A DNA stretch of 64,000 bases from assembly GCA_963796055.1 (NCBI GenBank), contig CAWCKH010000004.1:1280001-1344000 (forward strand), given 5' to 3'. The notes beneath the pieces are model-generated. The model did not search any database and was not told the DNA's origin. It was given only the letters and a program-made list of their open reading frames with translations. A program made the translations under genes and the position numbers. Of this stretch, positions 29,161-38,749 are shown piece by piece; within the stretch, counting starts at the first letter, position 1, and the number at the start of each line of letters is the position of its first letter. The stretch is from an uncultured delta proteobacterium. GTDB taxonomy: Bacteria > Myxococcota > Myxococcia > Myxococcales > Myxococcaceae.

Positions 29161-30171
29161 GTGCCCGCGGCCGGCCGCCCGCGGGTCGGCATCTCGCTCG
29201 GAGACCCTTCCGGCATCGGTCCGGAGGTGGTGGACCGGGCGCTGGCCCATCCCGGCGTCCGGCGGGCGCTGGTGCCGGTGGTGTTCGGGGACGGGCCGAC
29301 CTTCGAGCGCCTCGCCACCCTGCAGCGGCTGCCCGCGGTGCCTCCCGGTAGTCCGCTCCCGGCCCAGGGCCCGGCGCGGGTGGCGGTGACCGAGCTTCCG
29401 GCGAAGGACCGTGCGGCAGGCAAGCCGACCAGGCTCGGCGGCAAGGCGCAGCTCGCGTACGTGCGGGCCGCGGTGGATGCGGCGCTCCGCGGCGAGGTGG
29501 ACGCGCTGTGCACCGCGCCGGTGTCGAAGGAGCAGATCACCCGCGCCGGCGTGCGCTTCATGGGGCACACCGAGCTGCTCGCCGAGGCGTTCGGCCGCGA
29601 AGTGCTGATGCTGATGGACGGCCCGCGGGTGAAGGTGGCGCTGGCCACCAACCACGTGGCCATCCGAGATCTCCCGGCGGCCCTGGAGAAGCGTCGGCTG
29701 GTCGCCCAGCTGCAGCTGCTGTCCGCGTCCCTCCAGCCGGTTCTCGGACGGAGGCCGCGCATCGCGGTGTGCGGGCTGAATCCGCACGCCGGCGAGGGTG
29801 GGCTTCTGGGGGACGAAGAGGTCCGGACCATCGCCCCGGCCATCGCGCTGGCCCGGCGCCGGGGCGTGGACTGCACCGGGCCCTGGCCGGCGGATGGCCT
29901 GTTCGCCCGGCCGGACCACATTCCCGCGGATGTGGTGCTGGCCATGTTCCACGACCAGGCGCTGGTGGTGGCCAAGGCCCTGGACTTCGACCGGACGGTG
30001 AACGTGACCCTCGGGCTGCCGGTGCCCCGGACCTCGCCGGACCACGGGGTCGCCTACGCGCTGGCCGGGAAGGGCAAGGCGAGCGCCGAGCCGATGGTTG
30101 CCGCGCTGCTTAAGGCCGCGCAGCTCGCGGCGCCCCCGGGAGGGGCTGTCAGGCCGCGGGGGTCAAGGTGA
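29161..30171 (+). CDS. pdxA: 4-hydroxythreonine-4-phosphate dehydrogenase
   Basis: GDPSGIGPE, TAPVSK, GHTE, GLNPHAGEGG, AMFHDQ and RTSPDHG. Confidence 0.93.
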   Translation: MPAAGRPRVGISLGDPSGIGPEVVDRALAHPGVRRALVPVVFGDGPTFERLATLQRLPAVPPGSPLPAQGPARVAVTELPAKDRAAGKPTRLGGKAQLAYVRAAVDAALRGEVDALCTAPVSKEQITRAGVRFMGHTELLAEAFGREVLMLMDGPRVKVALATNHVAIRDLPAALEKRRLVAQLQLLSASLQPVLGRRPRIAVCGLNPHAGEGGLLGDEEVRTIAPAIALARRRGVDCTGPWPADGLFARPDHIPADVVLAMFHDQALVVAKALDFDRTVNVTLGLPVPRTSPDHGVAYALAGKGKASAEPMVAALLKAAQLAAPPGGAVRPRGSR

Positions 30172-31319
30172 TCTCGGCGATCTCCGGCGTGGAGAACAGC
30201 CGCATCGGCGGGCCCCAGAAGCCCGTCCCCCGGTGGGCATACACCCAGACCCCGAGCAGCTTGCGGAGCCCTCGAACGAGAGGCTGCTGCAGCCGGACGA
30301 AGAAGTGGAAGGGAAAGATCTGCCCGCCGTGGGTGTGGCCAGAAAGCATGAGGTCGACCCCGTGGGGTGCGGCGCCGGTCACCGCCCGGGGCTGGTGCGC
30401 GAGCAGCACGCGCGGAGCGCCCTCGGGCGCGCCGGCGAACACCAGACTCCGGGCGGCTCTCGTGGTCGGCGAGGAAGCGGCCCCCGTGCAGGTCGGGCAT
30501 CCCGCCGATCACCACCGTCCCGCCCGCGCGCTCGACCACCCGGTGCTCGTTGTGGAGCACGGTGAGCCCGAGCTGCTCGACCATCCGGACCGACTCCCGA
30601 CCACCCCAGTAGTACTCGTGGTTGCCGGTGACGAAGTACACCCCGTGCGGTGCGGCCAGGTCGGCGAGAGGCCGGAGCGCCTGCTCCACCACGTGGGCCG
30701 GGCCATCCACCAGGTCTCCGGTGATGGCCACGATGTCGGGATGGAGCGCGTTCACCCGATCCACCACCCGCCGGAGGAACCGTTCGCCGAGGCGTTCGCC
30801 GATGTGCAGGTCGCTGATCTGCACGATGCGCAGCCCGGCCACACCGGGAGCGAGCCTCTCCAGGGGCACCTGCACCCGGCTCAACACCAGCCGCCCGCGC
30901 GCGGTCCAGACGGAGAAGGGAACGAGGAGCGCGGCCCCGATGGCGATGAGCAGCGCCTGCATCCGGGCCTGGGACAGCGCCGCGACGGCGTCAGGCCAGC
31001 CGTACAGCAGCCCGTACAGCAGCCGTCCCAGATCCGTGACGAGGGTGACCGTGAGGACGACACCCGAGGCTCCCAGCCAGGCGATGGCGAGCGGCGGAAA
31101 CACCCGGCTCGGCCAGCCACGGTCGCGCCGGCTGAACACGAAGCCCACCGGGACCAGCACCACCAGCAGGGCGAGGAGCACGCACCCGGCAATCGCCACT
31201 GGCAGCGGAAGCACCGGATCCACGAAGAGCCGCCGTGCAACATACACGTGAAGAAGCGCGAACAGCGCCAGCGCGGTGCGGAAGGGTGAGAGGAAGCCGG
31301 AGCGGCGACTTGTGCTCAT
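30149..31319 (-). pseudogene. Membrane-bound metallophosphoesterase (YaeI/YkuE-like) with a single +1 frameshift
   Basis: SDLH, TGDLVDG and TGNHE are in one frame. LLAHQP, SGHTHGGQ and GTGFWGPPMR are in another after about 30447. Could be a sequencing error. Confidence 0.8.
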
Positions 31320-31501
31320 ACAGTGGCCGGGAGGGCTAACGGGTACAGCCACTTCCTGCATGCAAACGGCCCGTTTCCCCAGCAATTGACAGCCCGAAAG
31401 GAGCCCTTCCCCGCCACCAGGCAATCGCGGGAGACGGTGGGCGTCTCCAGGGCACGGCGGCGATGAGTACCGCCGGTGAGGGAAGGAACGGAAGCGCAGT
31501 C

Positions 31502-31687
31502 ATGAACTCGATCATCTCGGAAAAGCGATTCGCCTTCGTCGCGTTGCCGCTTCTGCTCGCGACCCTCGCACTCTTCTACGTGCTCGGGGCGGCCGCGCTG
31601 TTCGCCGAGGCGGCCCAGGCGCATCACGACATCGCCCAGCACGGGCGCAGCGAGCTGGTCTCGCCGGTCATCGAGATCCGCGGCTAG
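31502..31687 (+). CDS. Small single-TM hypothetical protein
   Basis: Purine-rich leader, one hydrophobic helix, C-terminal PVIEIRG, high GC3. Confidence 0.55.
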   Translation: MNSIISEKRFAFVALPLLLATLALFYVLGAAALFAEAAQAHHDIAQHGRSELVSPVIEIRG

Positions 31688-32159
31688 CCTTCGGGACCAG
31701 GGCGGAGAGCCGGGCTCGGTTCTCCGCCTGGAAGAACGGCGCGCGCAGCAGGGAGGACAGCGCGCGCTTGGGGATGCACCAGAGTTGAAGTGAATCCTCC
31801 CACTCCCCGAGCACCGCCACTGCGCGCGCCTCGGCGTCCTCCCGGAACTCGTCGTTGCAACGCTCGACGAGGTCGCGCGGGTCCCGCACCTCCCAGCTCT
31901 CCTCGCCGTTTCCGGCGTCGACGAGCAGCGTGCCTTCCCGGTCGTCGCGGACGTCGAGGACCTTGAGGGTGCGCGCGGCGCCGCCGATGCGCTCGCACAG
32001 CGGACCGATGAGCTCGTCGGACCGAAGGTCGAGCGCGATGCTCAGCCCCCCGTCGAGGACGCCGGCATCGCACAGCGCCACCAGCGGGAGCTGACCCTGC
32101 GGGACGTGCGCGCCCTCCGCGAGGAGTCCCAGGTGCTGGAGCTCGGCCTTCAGGCTCAT
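31668..32159 (-). CDS. Hypothetical protein
   Basis: Globular-looking composition (VAVLGEWEDSLQLWCIP). Fills the gap between neighbours. Confidence 0.7.
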   Translation of the reverse strand: MSLKAELQHLGLLAEGAHVPQGQLPLVALCDAGVLDGGLSIALDLRSDELIGPLCERIGGAARTLKVLDVRDDREGTLLVDAGNGEESWEVRDPRDLVERCNDEFREDAEARAVAVLGEWEDSLQLWCIPKRALSSLLRAPFFQAENRARLSALVPKASRGSR

Positions 32160-32246
32160 GGAGGGGTAGGTCTGCCCTCGGGAACGGGCAAGCGCAACTC
32201 CTCCGCCTCGAACGCCGGGGCGCCAGGGGCTTCCACCGCACGATCG

Positions 32247-33440
32247 TCACCGATCAGCGGACCGGCTCCGGGAGGTTCCGGGCGGTGGAGCAAGCGACGG
32301 GGGCGGGGCGAGGACGGGGGTTTCCGGAGCGACGACCTGGTTCTTCCCCCGCCGCTTCGCCTCCAACAGCCGGGTGTCTGCCTGCGCCAGCACCGCGTCG
32401 AACGTCTCGCCGTCCGCGGGCCAGCTCCCCACCCCCGCGCTGACCGTCACCTGGCGCTGCTCGCGGCCGACCTGGATATTCACCCCCGCCAGCTCCTTCC
32501 GGATGTGCTCGACACGTAGCCGGGCCTGCTCCACTTCCGTCTCCGGGAAGGCGACCACGAACTCCTCGCCTCCGTAGCGCGCCACCAGGTCGCTCTTGCG
32601 CACCGAGCCCCGGAGCCGCGTCGCGACCAGCTGCAGCGCGCGATCCCCCGCCGGATGGCCGTAGGCATCGTTGAACGCCTTGAATCCGTCTACGTCGAGG
32701 ATGGCCACGCTGAGCGGAGCACTCCGTCGCCGCGCCCGGGCCAGCTCCTCGTCCACTCGCTCGACGAACGGCGCCCGCTGCGACAGCCCCGTCAGGTGAT
32801 CGACGCCCACCATCAGGCGCAGCCGCTTCGCCCTCTGCGCCACCGCGGCCATGATGATCCCCGCCAGGCCCAGCAGCACAAGGTGCACCATCTGGTCTGC
32901 CCAGGCGAACCGCCCGTGCTCGGTGCCCTCGAGACCGAGGGGACCCGCGGCGAGGCCGATCAGCACCGCGTACTCCCCGGCGCTCAGCCCCGCGGTCCAC
33001 AGGCAGAGCCGCCAGTCGTAGCGCAGCCCGGCGCTCATGATGACCAGGAAGTACAGCTCGTAGAACGTCCGGGTGTGACTCGAGGCGTCGGGCCCGCCCT
33101 CCAGGAACACGAAGAGCATCGCCGCGGTGGTGAGGGTCACGTCCGCGGCGCAGCTGAGCCATGGCACCCAGCCCTTCAGCACCCGGAAAGCGAGCCAGGC
33201 CAGCAGCACCGAGTAGAGGACCCCCCCGGCGAGCAGCAGGGACAGCTGGGGCCAGCCCGGAGGCGGGGCCAGGGCGAACACCAGCGCGCTCAGTCCACCC
33301 ACGAGGAACAGCCGCACGCTCGCCACCCAGCGCTCGCCGGAGGCGCGAGCCCGGAGGATCATCTGGTCGGTCTCGGGACCGATCTGCCCCAGGAGTGCAG
33401 CGATCGCGCGCCGCACCCAGGCCGTGTCGGGGAGCGCCAT
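32247..33440 (-). CDS. Membrane-bound diguanylate cyclase (GGDEF)
   Basis: About 6 TM segments, DHLTGL, DVDGFKAFNDAYGHPAGD, I-site RKSD and RYGGEEF. Confidence 0.92.
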   Translation of the reverse strand: MALPDTAWVRRAIAALLGQIGPETDQMILRARASGERWVASVRLFLVGGLSALVFALAPPPGWPQLSLLLAGGVLYSVLLAWLAFRVLKGWVPWLSCAADVTLTTAAMLFVFLEGGPDASSHTRTFYELYFLVIMSAGLRYDWRLCLWTAGLSAGEYAVLIGLAAGPLGLEGTEHGRFAWADQMVHLVLLGLAGIIMAAVAQRAKRLRLMVGVDHLTGLSQRAPFVERVDEELARARRRSAPLSVAILDVDGFKAFNDAYGHPAGDRALQLVATRLRGSVRKSDLVARYGGEEFVVAFPETEVEQARLRVEHIRKELAGVNIQVGREQRQVTVSAGVGSWPADGETFDAVLAQADTRLLEAKRRGKNQVVAPETPVLAPPPSLAPPPGTSRSRSADR

Positions 33441-33580
33441 CGTGGCGGACTGTAAGAGCCGACGCGGTGGCTGGCGAGCGGGACGAAGGTCCATGCGGCG
33501 TTCGCGCGACCGGGTCAGGCGCGCACCAGGACCTTCGGACACGTTGACGTCGCAACAGCAGCCCGACCCGCAGGAGAGCG

Positions 33581-34690
33581 CTAGACGTTGAACCGGAAGT
33601 GCATGCAGTCGCCGTCCCGGACGACGTACTCCTTGCCCTCGATCCGGAGCAGGCCCTTCTCCCGGACGGCCGCCTCGCTCCCCAGCCGGATCAGGTCTTC
33701 CCAGCCGAACACGTCGGCCTTGATGAAGCCCCGCTCGAAGTCCGAGTGGATGACGCCCGCCGCCTCGGGCGCCCTGGCGCCCTTGTGGAAGGTCCAGGCG
33801 CGGCACTCCTGCTCGCCGACGGTGAAGAACGTCTGCAGCCCGAGCATCCGGTACCCGGCGCGCACCACCTTGTGCAGTCCCGGCTCGGACAGCCCCACCG
33901 AGGCGAGGAAGCCCGGACGCTCCTCGGGGGGGAGCTGCTGGATCTCTGCCTCGATGCCGGCGGCCAGCGCGACCATCTCCGCGCCCTCGGCCTTCGCCAG
34001 CGCCCGGACGGCCGCCACGTGCAGGTCCGTCTCCTCCTTGCCGAGCTGGGACTCGCCGATGTTCGCCACGTAGAGCACCGGCTTGTCGGTGAGGAGGAAG
34101 AGGTCCCGGAGCTGCTTGTGGTCGTCGGGCGAGAGCTTCTGGGCCCGCACGGTGACGCCCGCATCGAGGCCCGCCTTCACCCGGTCCAGGAGCGCGAGCT
34201 CGGCCCTGGCCTCGTCGCCCGCCTTCCCTCCGGCCTTGGCCGCCTTCTGGGCGCGCTCGCGGCGCTTCTCCACGGTTTCCAGATCTTTCAGGCACAGCTC
34301 GGTATCGACGATGTCCCGGTCACGCCCGGGGTCCACGCCGCCCTCGACGTGGGTCACGTTCGGATCCTCGAAGCAGCGGAGCACGTGCAGCACCGCATCC
34401 ACCTGCCGGATGTTGGCCAGGAACTGGTTGCCCAGCCCCTCGCCCTTGCTGGCGCCGCGCACCAGGCCGGCGATGTCCACGAACTCCAGCGAGGTGGGGA
34501 TGGTCTTCTGCGGCTTCACCAGCGCCGAGAGCTTCTCCAGCCGCTCGTCCGGCACCGGCACCACGCCCACGTTCGGCTCGATGGTGCAGAACGGGTAGTT
34601 CGCCGCCTGCGCGCCGGCGGAGGACAGGGCGTTGAAGAGCGTGGACTTGCCCACGTTGGGCAGTCCGACGATGCCGATTCCGAGAGCCAC
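33581..34690 (-). CDS. ychF: Redox-regulated ATPase YchF
   Basis: GIVGLPNVGKST, ANYPFCTIEPN, DIAGLV..GEGLGNQFL and EGKEYVVRDGD. Confidence 0.97.
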   Translation of the reverse strand: MALGIGIVGLPNVGKSTLFNALSSAGAQAANYPFCTIEPNVGVVPVPDERLEKLSALVKPQKTIPTSLEFVDIAGLVRGASKGEGLGNQFLANIRQVDAVLHVLRCFEDPNVTHVEGGVDPGRDRDIVDTELCLKDLETVEKRRERAQKAAKAGGKAGDEARAELALLDRVKAGLDAGVTVRAQKLSPDDHKQLRDLFLLTDKPVLYVANIGESQLGKEETDLHVAAVRALAKAEGAEMVALAAGIEAEIQQLPPEERPGFLASVGLSEPGLHKVVRAGYRMLGLQTFFTVGEQECRAWTFHKGARAPEAAGVIHSDFERGFIKADVFGWEDLIRLGSEAAVREKGLLRIEGKEYVVRDGDCMHFRFNV

Positions 34691-34752
34691 GAGCGAACGT
34701 TTCTAACGCCGGCTCATGGCCGAGGAACGACCAAGCCGGATGGTTTCGGCCA

Positions 34753-35298
34753 TCAGACCTTCGGCTCCGGGCGGCCGGGGCCAGCGGCGGTGCGCGAGAC
34801 CTCGGCCAGGTACTGGTTGGCGAGATCCTTCTGGGTCTTGTCGTCGAGCGCCTTGCCGAGGAGCTTCTCGGTGATCTGGATCGCCAGATCGGCGGCGGTC
34901 TTCTTCACGTCGTTCACCGCCCGGACGCGCTCGTTCTCGATCTCCCGGAGGGCGTCGGTCTTCTGGGCCTCGGCCTCCGCCCGCGCCTTGGCCACCAGCT
35001 CCTTGCGGAGCTTCTCCACGTCCTCGGCGTTGCGGCGCATCATCTCCGCCGCTTCGACGCGGGCCTTCTGGATGGCGTCCTTCTGCTCGGCGAGGAGCCG
35101 CTCCGCCGCGGCGCGCTCGCGCTTGGCGGTCTCGATCGATGCGGCGATGGACTTCTCCCGCTCGTCCACCACCTTGAGGATCGGGCCCCAGGCCACACGA
35201 CGGAGCAGCAGGGCCACCAGGATGAAGGTGACCAGCGTCCAGAAGATGAGGCCGGGACGGACGGAGACGAGATTGGCGGCAGCGAGGACGATGGGCAT
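34753..35298 (-). CDS. atpF: F0F1 ATP synthase subunit b
   Basis: GLIFWTLVTF...AWGPILKVVDEREKSI plus coiled coil. Follows atpE. Confidence 0.93.
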   Translation of the reverse strand: MPIVLAAANLVSVRPGLIFWTLVTFILVALLLRRVAWGPILKVVDEREKSIAASIETAKRERAAAERLLAEQKDAIQKARVEAAEMMRRNAEDVEKLRKELVAKARAEAEAQKTDALREIENERVRAVNDVKKTAADLAIQITEKLLGKALDDKTQKDLANQYLAEVSRTAAGPGRPEPKV

Positions 35299-35339
35299 GT
35301 GCGAGTCTCGGGAGTCAGTGGGCCCGGGAGCGACGGGTG

Positions 35340-35573
35340 TCAGCCGGCCTTGGTGGCCAGGAGGATGCTCACCACCAGGCCGAACAGCCCGACGCCTTCG
35401 ATGAGCGCCGCGGCGATGAGCATGGTGGTCCGGATGTCGCCGGTGGCCGCGGGCTGCCGGCCGGTGGCGTCGAGCGCGGAGGCAGCGAGGCGGCCGATGC
35501 CCAGGCCCACGCCGAGGACACACAGGCCCGCGCCGATGCCCGCGGAGAGGAAGGAGTAAGCGAGATTGTTCAT
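35340..35573 (-). CDS. atpE: F0F1 ATP synthase subunit c
   Basis: GxGxGxG helix, RQP loop and ALIEG carboxylate. No Na+ signature. Confidence 0.95.
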   Translation of the reverse strand: MNNLAYSFLSAGIGAGLCVLGVGLGIGRLAASALDATGRQPAATGDIRTTMLIAAALIEGVGLFGLVVSILLATKAG

Positions 35574-35686
35574 GACCGTTCTTTGTCTGCTTTCGATGTC
35601 GGGACCCGCTTGTGGGGGGGTCGTGGATGCCCTTGTGGACGACCTCCCGCGGGCCGCATCCGGCCGCGGGGTTCTCTTGAAACCCG

Positions 35687-36775
35687 TTACCCCGGCGCGT
35701 TCGCCGGATTGACCGCCAGCTCGGGCTCGCCGTGGAGCGCGCCCTTCACGTCGTCGTGGTCCTCGGGATGCTCCTCGTGCTCGTGCCCCATGGCCACCCC
35801 CATCCCGATGAAGAGCGCCGAGAGCATGGTGAAGATGTACGCCTGCAGGAAGGCCACGAAGAGCTCCAGCAGGTAGATGAAGATGGCGAACGGCACCGCC
35901 ACCACCGAGACGGCCACGTGCCCGATGATGAAGATCAGCCCCAGCAGGCTGAAGAGCACGATGTGCCCGGCCAGCATGTTGGCGAAGAGTCGGAGCATCA
36001 GGGCGAAGGGCTTGGTGAAGAGCCCGAGAATCTCCACCGGCACCATGATCGGCCAGATCCACCACGGGGCCCCGCCGGTCATGTGCTTCAGGTACCCGCC
36101 GAAGCCCGCTGCCTTGACGCTGGCGAACTGGGTCAGGATGAAGGTGCAGAGCGCCAGGGCCAGGGTCACCGCCAGGTTCCCGGTGGCGGTGGAGGCCCAG
36201 GGCACCAGACCCAGCAGATTCAGGGTGAGGATGAAGAAGAAGACCGAGAGGAGGTACGGGGTGTAGCGCGGGCCCTCCTGCTTGCCGATGTTGGGAATGG
36301 CGATCTCGTTGCGGACGAAGACCACCAGCATCTCCAGGAGATTTTGCCGCGGGCCGTGGGGCACCGGCTGCTGGGGGTCCCGGTTGGCGCCGAAGGTGAA
36401 GAGCAGCACCACGATCAACGAGCCCACCAGCATCCAGAAGGCGTGCTTGGTGAGGGAGATGTCCAGGCAGCCCGCGCCCAGGCTCGCCGGCTCCTCGGGA
36501 TCCGCCGGGCAGGCCCCCTCCTTGAACGGGATGCGCCACACCGGGAAGTGGATGACGATCTGCTTGTCCGAGAGCGGGACCTGGAACTCCACCTCGGGTG
36601 AGTCCGCCACGTGCTCGAGGATGTACGTGGAGGTGTCGACGTTCTCCGGCCCCTCGTGCTCGACCTCCACGCGCTTGCCGTGGGCGGGGGCCGCGTCGTG
36701 CGCCGGCGCATGACCCTCCTGGGCCCGCGCGGCCATCGACACCGCCAGCACTGCGCACCACAGCCACCGCTGCAT
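35687..36775 (-). CDS. atpB: F0F1 ATP synthase subunit a
   Basis: QNLLE, NLLGLVP, KPFALMLRLFANMLAGH and FLQAYIFTML. Long N-terminal extension. Confidence 0.95.
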   Translation of the reverse strand: MQRWLWCAVLAVSMAARAQEGHAPAHDAAPAHGKRVEVEHEGPENVDTSTYILEHVADSPEVEFQVPLSDKQIVIHFPVWRIPFKEGACPADPEEPASLGAGCLDISLTKHAFWMLVGSLIVVLLFTFGANRDPQQPVPHGPRQNLLEMLVVFVRNEIAIPNIGKQEGPRYTPYLLSVFFFILTLNLLGLVPWASTATGNLAVTLALALCTFILTQFASVKAAGFGGYLKHMTGGAPWWIWPIMVPVEILGLFTKPFALMLRLFANMLAGHIVLFSLLGLIFIIGHVAVSVVAVPFAIFIYLLELFVAFLQAYIFTMLSALFIGMGVAMGHEHEEHPEDHDDVKGALHGEPELAVNPANAPG

Positions 36776-37131
36776 CACGTCACTCCTCGCCGCTGGCCCC
36801 TCGCGGCGACCAGCACGTACGTCATTTCCAGGCACAGGGCCACCACGAACAGCCCGAAGAACACCAGGGTGTACGCGCCCACGTCCCCGTGCTGCGCCCG
36901 CACCCACCGGTACCCGGCGAACCACGCCCCGAGCCGCACCACCAGCCCCACCGCGCTCGCCCCCAGCGCCACCTTGATGCTGCGCCGGACCGCGAACGAC
37001 TTCCCCACCAGCACCACCGCGCTCGCCGCCACCGAGACCACCACACCGGCACGCGTCGCCGGCGTCTCTGCCGCCCACAGCCCCACCACACCGACTGCTG
37101 CCAGCGCGGCCATGAACGCCAGCAGCCTCAT
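36775..37131 (-). CDS. ATP synthase I-like membrane protein
   Basis: Four hydrophobic segments, coupled between the AtpZ/I gene and atpB. Confidence 0.7.
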   Translation of the reverse strand: MRLLAFMAALAAVGVVGLWAAETPATRAGVVVSVAASAVVLVGKSFAVRRSIKVALGASAVGLVVRLGAWFAGYRWVRAQHGDVGAYTLVFFGLFVVALCLEMTYVLVAARGQRRGVT

Positions 37132-37379
37132 TGCTTCTTCATCGCGCTCAGGGCCTGGATCATCGCGTAGAAGCCCGCGCCCAGGCCGAGGAAGAGGCCG
37201 ACGACGAGTCCCCAGGGCGAGCTGTGGAGCTTGCCGTCGAGGAACCAGCCCACGCCTCCGCCCACCAGCATCCCGCCCACCACCCGCCAGACCGCGCTGA
37301 GGTACGGCGCCGCGGCGCGCTGCGCGCGGGCCTCGGGGCTGAGCTCGCTCCCGTCCTCGTCTTTGTGCCCGTCTTGCAA
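37128..37379 (-). CDS. AtpZ/AtpI (ATPase gene 1) family protein
   Basis: GWFLDGKLHSSPWGLVVGLFLG motif. First gene of the F0 operon. Confidence 0.85.
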   Translation of the reverse strand: MQDGHKDEDGSELSPEARAQRAAAPYLSAVWRVVGGMLVGGGVGWFLDGKLHSSPWGLVVGLFLGLGAGFYAMIQALSAMKKQ

Positions 37380-37459
37380 AGAACCGGCGCGCGTCTAGCA
37401 CCGGGGGCCTGGCCAGGCAACAGTGCAGGATGACTGAGCCTTATCTGGCCCCGGCGATT

Positions 37460-38749
37460 CTAGAGCGACCGGAACGCCTGCCGTGCGGCGGCGAGGGTGT
37501 GCTCGACCTCGCCCTCGCCCATGGCCAGGGAGACGAAGGCCGCCTCGAACTGGCTCGGCGGCAGGTACACACCACGGTCCAGGAGCGCGTGGAAGAAACG
37601 GGCGAACTTCTTGGTGTCCGCCCGCTTGGCGCTCGGGTAGTCGAACACCGGCCCCTCGGTGAAGAAGAGGGTCCACATGCTGCCCACCCGGTTCAGCGTC
37701 ACCGGAACACCGGCCGCACGCGCCTCGGTGACCAGACCGTCGGTGAGGCCGCGCGAGATGCTCTCCAGCCTCTCGTAGGCGCCCGGGGCTCCCAGCGCCT
37801 TCAGGCAAGCCAGCCCCGCCGCCACGGCCAGCGGATTCCCGGAGAGCGTTCCCGCCTGGTACACGGGTCCGGCCGGGGCCACCGTCTCCATGATGGCCCG
37901 GCGGCCGCCGTAGGCTCCCACCGGGAGCCCCCCGCCGATGACCTTTCCCATGCAGGTCAGGTCGGGCGTGAGGCCGAACAGCTCCTGTGCGCCCCCCCTC
38001 GACAGCCTGAATCCGGTCATCACCTCGTCGAAGATGAGCAGCGCGCCATGCGCACGGCACAGCTCGGCCAGCCCTTCGAGGAAGCCGGCGCGGGGGATGA
38101 GCACGCCCATGTTCCCCACCACCGGCTCGACGATGACCGCGGCGACGTCCTTTCCCCGCCGGGTGAACAGCGTGCGCGCCGCACCGAGGTCGTTGAAAGG
38201 CAGGGTGAGGGTGAGTGCCGCGAGCTCCTTCGGGACCCCGGGAGAGTCGGGCAGCCCGAGCGTCTCCACCCCGCTCCCCGCCTTGACCAGGAACGGGTCA
38301 CCCGCCCCGTGGTAGCAGCCCTCGAACTTTACCAGCACCTCGCGTCCGGTGTAGGCGCGGGAGACCCGAAGGGCGGCGAGCGTGGCCTCGGTGCCGGACG
38401 AGGTGAGCCGCACCTCCTCCACCGCCGGCATGCGCTGGCAGATGAGCTCGGCGATCTCGACCTCCCCTGGATGCGGCGCGCCGAAGCTGGTCCCGGCATG
38501 CGCGGCGGCGGACACCGCCTCGACGATCGGAGGATGGGCGTGGCCGAGGATGAGCGGGCCCCAGCTGCCGACGTGGTCCACGTACCGGTGGCCGTCCACG
38601 TCGGTGAGCCAGGCGCCCCGGCCCTCCTTGAAGAAGACCGGCGTACCTCCCACGCCGCGGAATGCTCGAACCGGCGAGTTGACACCTCCGGGGATGACCC
38701 GCCGGGCGCGGTCGAAGAGGCGCTGACTGCCGGTCCGCTCGATGCTCAT
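37460..38749 (-). CDS. hemL: Glutamate-1-semialdehyde 2,1-aminomutase
   Basis: PGGVNSPVRAF, WGPLILGH, SGTEA, FDEVMTGFR, GKVIGGGLP and YQAGTLSGNP. Confidence 0.97.
   Translation of the reverse strand: MSIERTGSQRLFDRARRVIPGGVNSPVRAFRGVGGTPVFFKEGRGAWLTDVDGHRYVDHVGSWGPLILGHAHPPIVEAVSAAAHAGTSFGAPHPGEVEIAELICQRMPAVEEVRLTSSGTEATLAALRVSRAYTGREVLVKFEGCYHGAGDPFLVKAGSGVETLGLPDSPGVPKELAALTLTLPFNDLGAARTLFTRRGKDVAAVIVEPVVGNMGVLIPRAGFLEGLAELCRAHGALLIFDEVMTGFRLSRGGAQELFGLTPDLTCMGKVIGGGLPVGAYGGRRAIMETVAPAGPVYQAGTLSGNPLAVAAGLACLKALGAPGAYERLESISRGLTDGLVTEARAAGVPVTLNRVGSMWTLFFTEGPVFDYPSAKRADTKKFARFFHALLDRGVYLPPSQFEAAFVSLAMGEGEVEHTLAAARQAFRSL

Noticed and set aside
28153..30171. 672-aa PdxA fusion; likewise 32247-34295, 35340-36767, 42772-44595 and 44055-47081
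   Set aside because: These upstream extensions overlap real genes in other frames and have shadow-ORF composition. The true starts are internal.
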